A stretch of 64,000 nt of DNA from Firmicutes bacterium UBA5227 (GTDB lineage Bacteria > Bacillota > Clostridia > Tissierellales > Sedimentibacteraceae), in the NCBI GenBank assembly GCA_002409285.1, contig DHUT01000088.1, positions 11,158 through 75,157 of the forward strand, in the 5' to 3' direction. The notes under the pieces are model-generated. The model was not told the DNA's origin and made no database searches. It saw only the letters and a list, made by a program, of their open reading frames with translations. Below, piece after piece: positions 62,096-64,000 of this stretch. The stretch's first letter is position 1. The number at the start of each line of letters is the position of its first letter. The position numbers were made by a program, and so were the translations under genes.

Positions 62096-62178
62096 TGCCG
62101 CAGAAGGGACTTGAACCCCCACGGTGTTGCCACCAACGGATTTTGAGTCCGTCACGTCTGCCATTCCATCACTGCGGC
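62096..62178 (-). tRNA. tRNA-Leu (anticodon CAA), CCA not encoded
   Basis: Acceptor stem GCCGCAG/CTGCGGC, anticodon arm ACGGA-CTCAAAA-TCCGT, long variable arm, GGTTCAAGTCC T-arm. Confidence 0.96.
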
Positions 62179-62283
62179 TAAGCACTTAATGATATTAACA
62201 TAAAGTAATTATGAATGCAAGAGTTTTTTATATTATTTGGTTAAATTTTTTGGGCGGTGTTACAGAGCCAATGATCTCAGAAA

Positions 62284-63999
62284 TCAGGTCTGGCTTTTTT
62301 CATAATCGATTATTTTTTGGATTCCCTGTTCGGTAATTTTCGTTCCTGTCCTTCCCTTACCAATTGTTATCATGCACTGTTCCTGCAATCCCTGCAGAAC
62401 GCTGCGCAGGCTGGCATCCCCTATATGCAGCTGCATTGCTTTTAACTGCGTATTTAACTGCATTCGACCTATGCCATGATACAGCTGTGAATTTTCCATG
62501 ATAATCTTCAGAATTTCCATTTCAATAGATGCACTGTTTATTGAGTTGCCAGGTTTATTTATGTCTTCCCCCGAAACAGTGGTGGTGTCCAAAAGATATT
62601 TAGGCAGCATGGATAGTGTCTTGTAATGCACAGCCGCATTTTCGAGTTCTCTGACATTACCAGGCCAGGTATAACCACACAAAAGCTTTTTATCATAATC
62701 CGTCAATTCATTAAATTTTGAATCTAAAAAATTTGACATCAAAGGAAGTATATCTTCTTTCCTATTTCTCAAAGGTTCAATGGATATGGTTATTACATTT
62801 AAACGGTAATATAAATCTTTTCTGAAATTTCCTTTCTCTACCTCACTCATTAAGTTCTTGTTTGTTGCGGCAATTATTCTGGTGTCAATATTTATCATCC
62901 TGTCACTACCAATGCGCATTATTTGACGTTCCTGCAAAACACGGAGGAGCCTTGACTGAAGATTAGGGGAAATATCTCCTATTTCGTCAAGAAAAATAGT
63001 TCCACCGTTAGCCTGTTCAAACAAGCCAAGCTTCCCACTTTTCTTTGCACCGGTAAATGAACCGCTTTCATAACCAAACAACTCGCTTTCCAATAATGAT
63101 TCAGGAAGAGCTGCACAATTTACTGCAACAAAAGGCATTTTTTTACGTTGGGAATAATTGTGAACAGACTGAGCAATAAGTTCCTTTCCTGTTCCGCTTT
63201 CTCCCGTTATCAAAACTGTGTGGTCTGTTACCGCAACTGTTTTTGCGGTATTTATACATTCTTTCATGGAATTGGAAACATATATAATATCAGAAAAATT
63301 ATATTTTGCATACAGCCCTTTCCTTTCAAACAGCTCTTTTGCATTGAGCTCTATGTCCCTTAAATCCTTTTCATTCTGAAAGGCAATGGAATATCCCATT
63401 ATTTCGTCCATAAGCATAATCGGTGTTTTCTCAACAAAATATTGGATACCATTTAATACAATCCCGTTTTTCGGCATTGTTTCTTCCTGAATCGTTGAGA
63501 ATGTCCGGCTATCCGCAATGTTCGAAAAAGGAAGCATTTTACTGTCATTTTTTATATCAAATAACGCCTTTGCCTTGCTGTTTGAAAAAAGCACGAGATA
63601 TTTCTCATTGGTAACAATTAAAGCAGTGGGCGAATCGTTTATAACGCTGTTAAAAACATGATCTTTTACGAAATTATTTAAATAATTATTGTAAAAGTAA
63701 ATATCAGGTACAGCCAACGAACGTATATGCCTAACAAGATTCCTGTTTGTTAATTCGAAATTCAAATCCAGTCTGCTCATAAGCTGTATAAGTGTATCAA
63801 AGCTTATTTCTCTGTATCCGATATTTATAATGTTTTGTATATGCTTTGGTACCAGCTGCACTTCGTTTGGAGTTATGCAGTAATTATATTCTCTGTATAT
63901 GGGGTTATCCGGATCATTAGGATCAAATGGAATCAGGTTGATTTGATTCATTCCCAGCTCATAAAGTGTACATAGTGTTTCTATCGCTGTTTCATATGA
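62284..63999 (-). CDS. Sigma54-dependent enhancer-binding protein (PAS + AAA+ + C-terminal HTH); 5' end lies outside the window
   Basis: GESGTGKE, ESELFGYE.GSFTGA, LFEQANGGTIFLDEIG, WPGNVRELEN; the frame stays open to the window edge. Confidence 0.93.
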   Translation of the reverse strand, partial: SYETAIETLCTLYELGMNQINLIPFDPNDPDNPIYREYNYCITPNEVQLVPKHIQNIINIGYREISFDTLIQLMSRLDLNFELTNRNLVRHIRSLAVPDIYFYNNYLNNFVKDHVFNSVINDSPTALIVTNEKYLVLFSNSKAKALFDIKNDSKMLPFSNIADSRTFSTIQEETMPKNGIVLNGIQYFVEKTPIMLMDEIMGYSIAFQNEKDLRDIELNAKELFERKGLYAKYNFSDIIYVSNSMKECINTAKTVAVTDHTVLITGESGTGKELIAQSVHNYSQRKKMPFVAVNCAALPESLLESELFGYESGSFTGAKKSGKLGLFEQANGGTIFLDEIGDISPNLQSRLLRVLQERQIMRIGSDRMINIDTRIIAATNKNLMSEVEKGNFRKDLYYRLNVITISIEPLRNRKEDILPLMSNFLDSKFNELTDYDKKLLCGYTWPGNVRELENAAVHYKTLSMLPKYLLDTTTVSGEDINKPGNSINSASIEMEILKIIMENSQLYHGIGRMQLNTQLKAMQLHIGDASLRSVLQGLQEQCMITIGKGRTGTKITEQGIQKIIDYEKSQT

Positions 64000-64000
64000 A

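Noticed and set aside
902-63614. The many short + strand ORFs in the supplied track that overlap minus-strand genes (e.g. 3035-3457, 11573-12010, 35987-36436), and the reverse cases
   Set aside because: They are antisense shadows of well-supported genes, with no RBS or recognisable motifs.
1-64000. CRISPR array, rRNA, IS element or integrase
   Set aside because: No regularly spaced repeat-spacer pattern, rRNA, transposase or tyrosine/serine recombinase ORF was found, including next to the tRNA and the att-like copy.

Overview
AT-rich chromosomal window from an anaerobic, amino-acid-fermenting low-GC Firmicute (Clostridia/Tissierellia-like; inferred from gene content only). Almost all genes are on the minus strand. 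The first ~42 kb is mostly housekeeping and nutrient uptake: a nucleoside-scavenging operon containing an ADP-ribosylglycohydrolase, the murB-PHP-rapZ-yvcK-PP2C-pgi-cvfB run, a peptide ABC transporter with two peptidases, prfA/prmC, greA, ilvE, tdh-kbl, a yhaO/yhaN-like pair, a Crp/Fnr regulator with a divergent Fe-S protein, truA, an AbrB/RelE-type TA pair and a T-box (Tyr specifier) ABC transporter. The most notable region is a ~9 kb defence-type block (42849-51828): SNF2 helicase with a degenerate PLD-like N-terminus, DUF4391-like protein, Type III Mod and Type III Res. It is bounded on the right by a ~85%-identical copy of the 3' end plus terminator of the tRNA-Leu(CAA) gene at 62096-62178, but the copy is INVERTED relative to that gene. 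Next to the tRNA lie more accessory genes (dinJ-like antitoxin with a 13-codon toxin stump, tenA, TPP-riboswitch-controlled methyltransferase). Together these suggest a decayed, rearranged tRNA-Leu island; no integrase is visible. No CRISPR array or rRNA was seen. All calls come from reading the sequence; no database searches were run.
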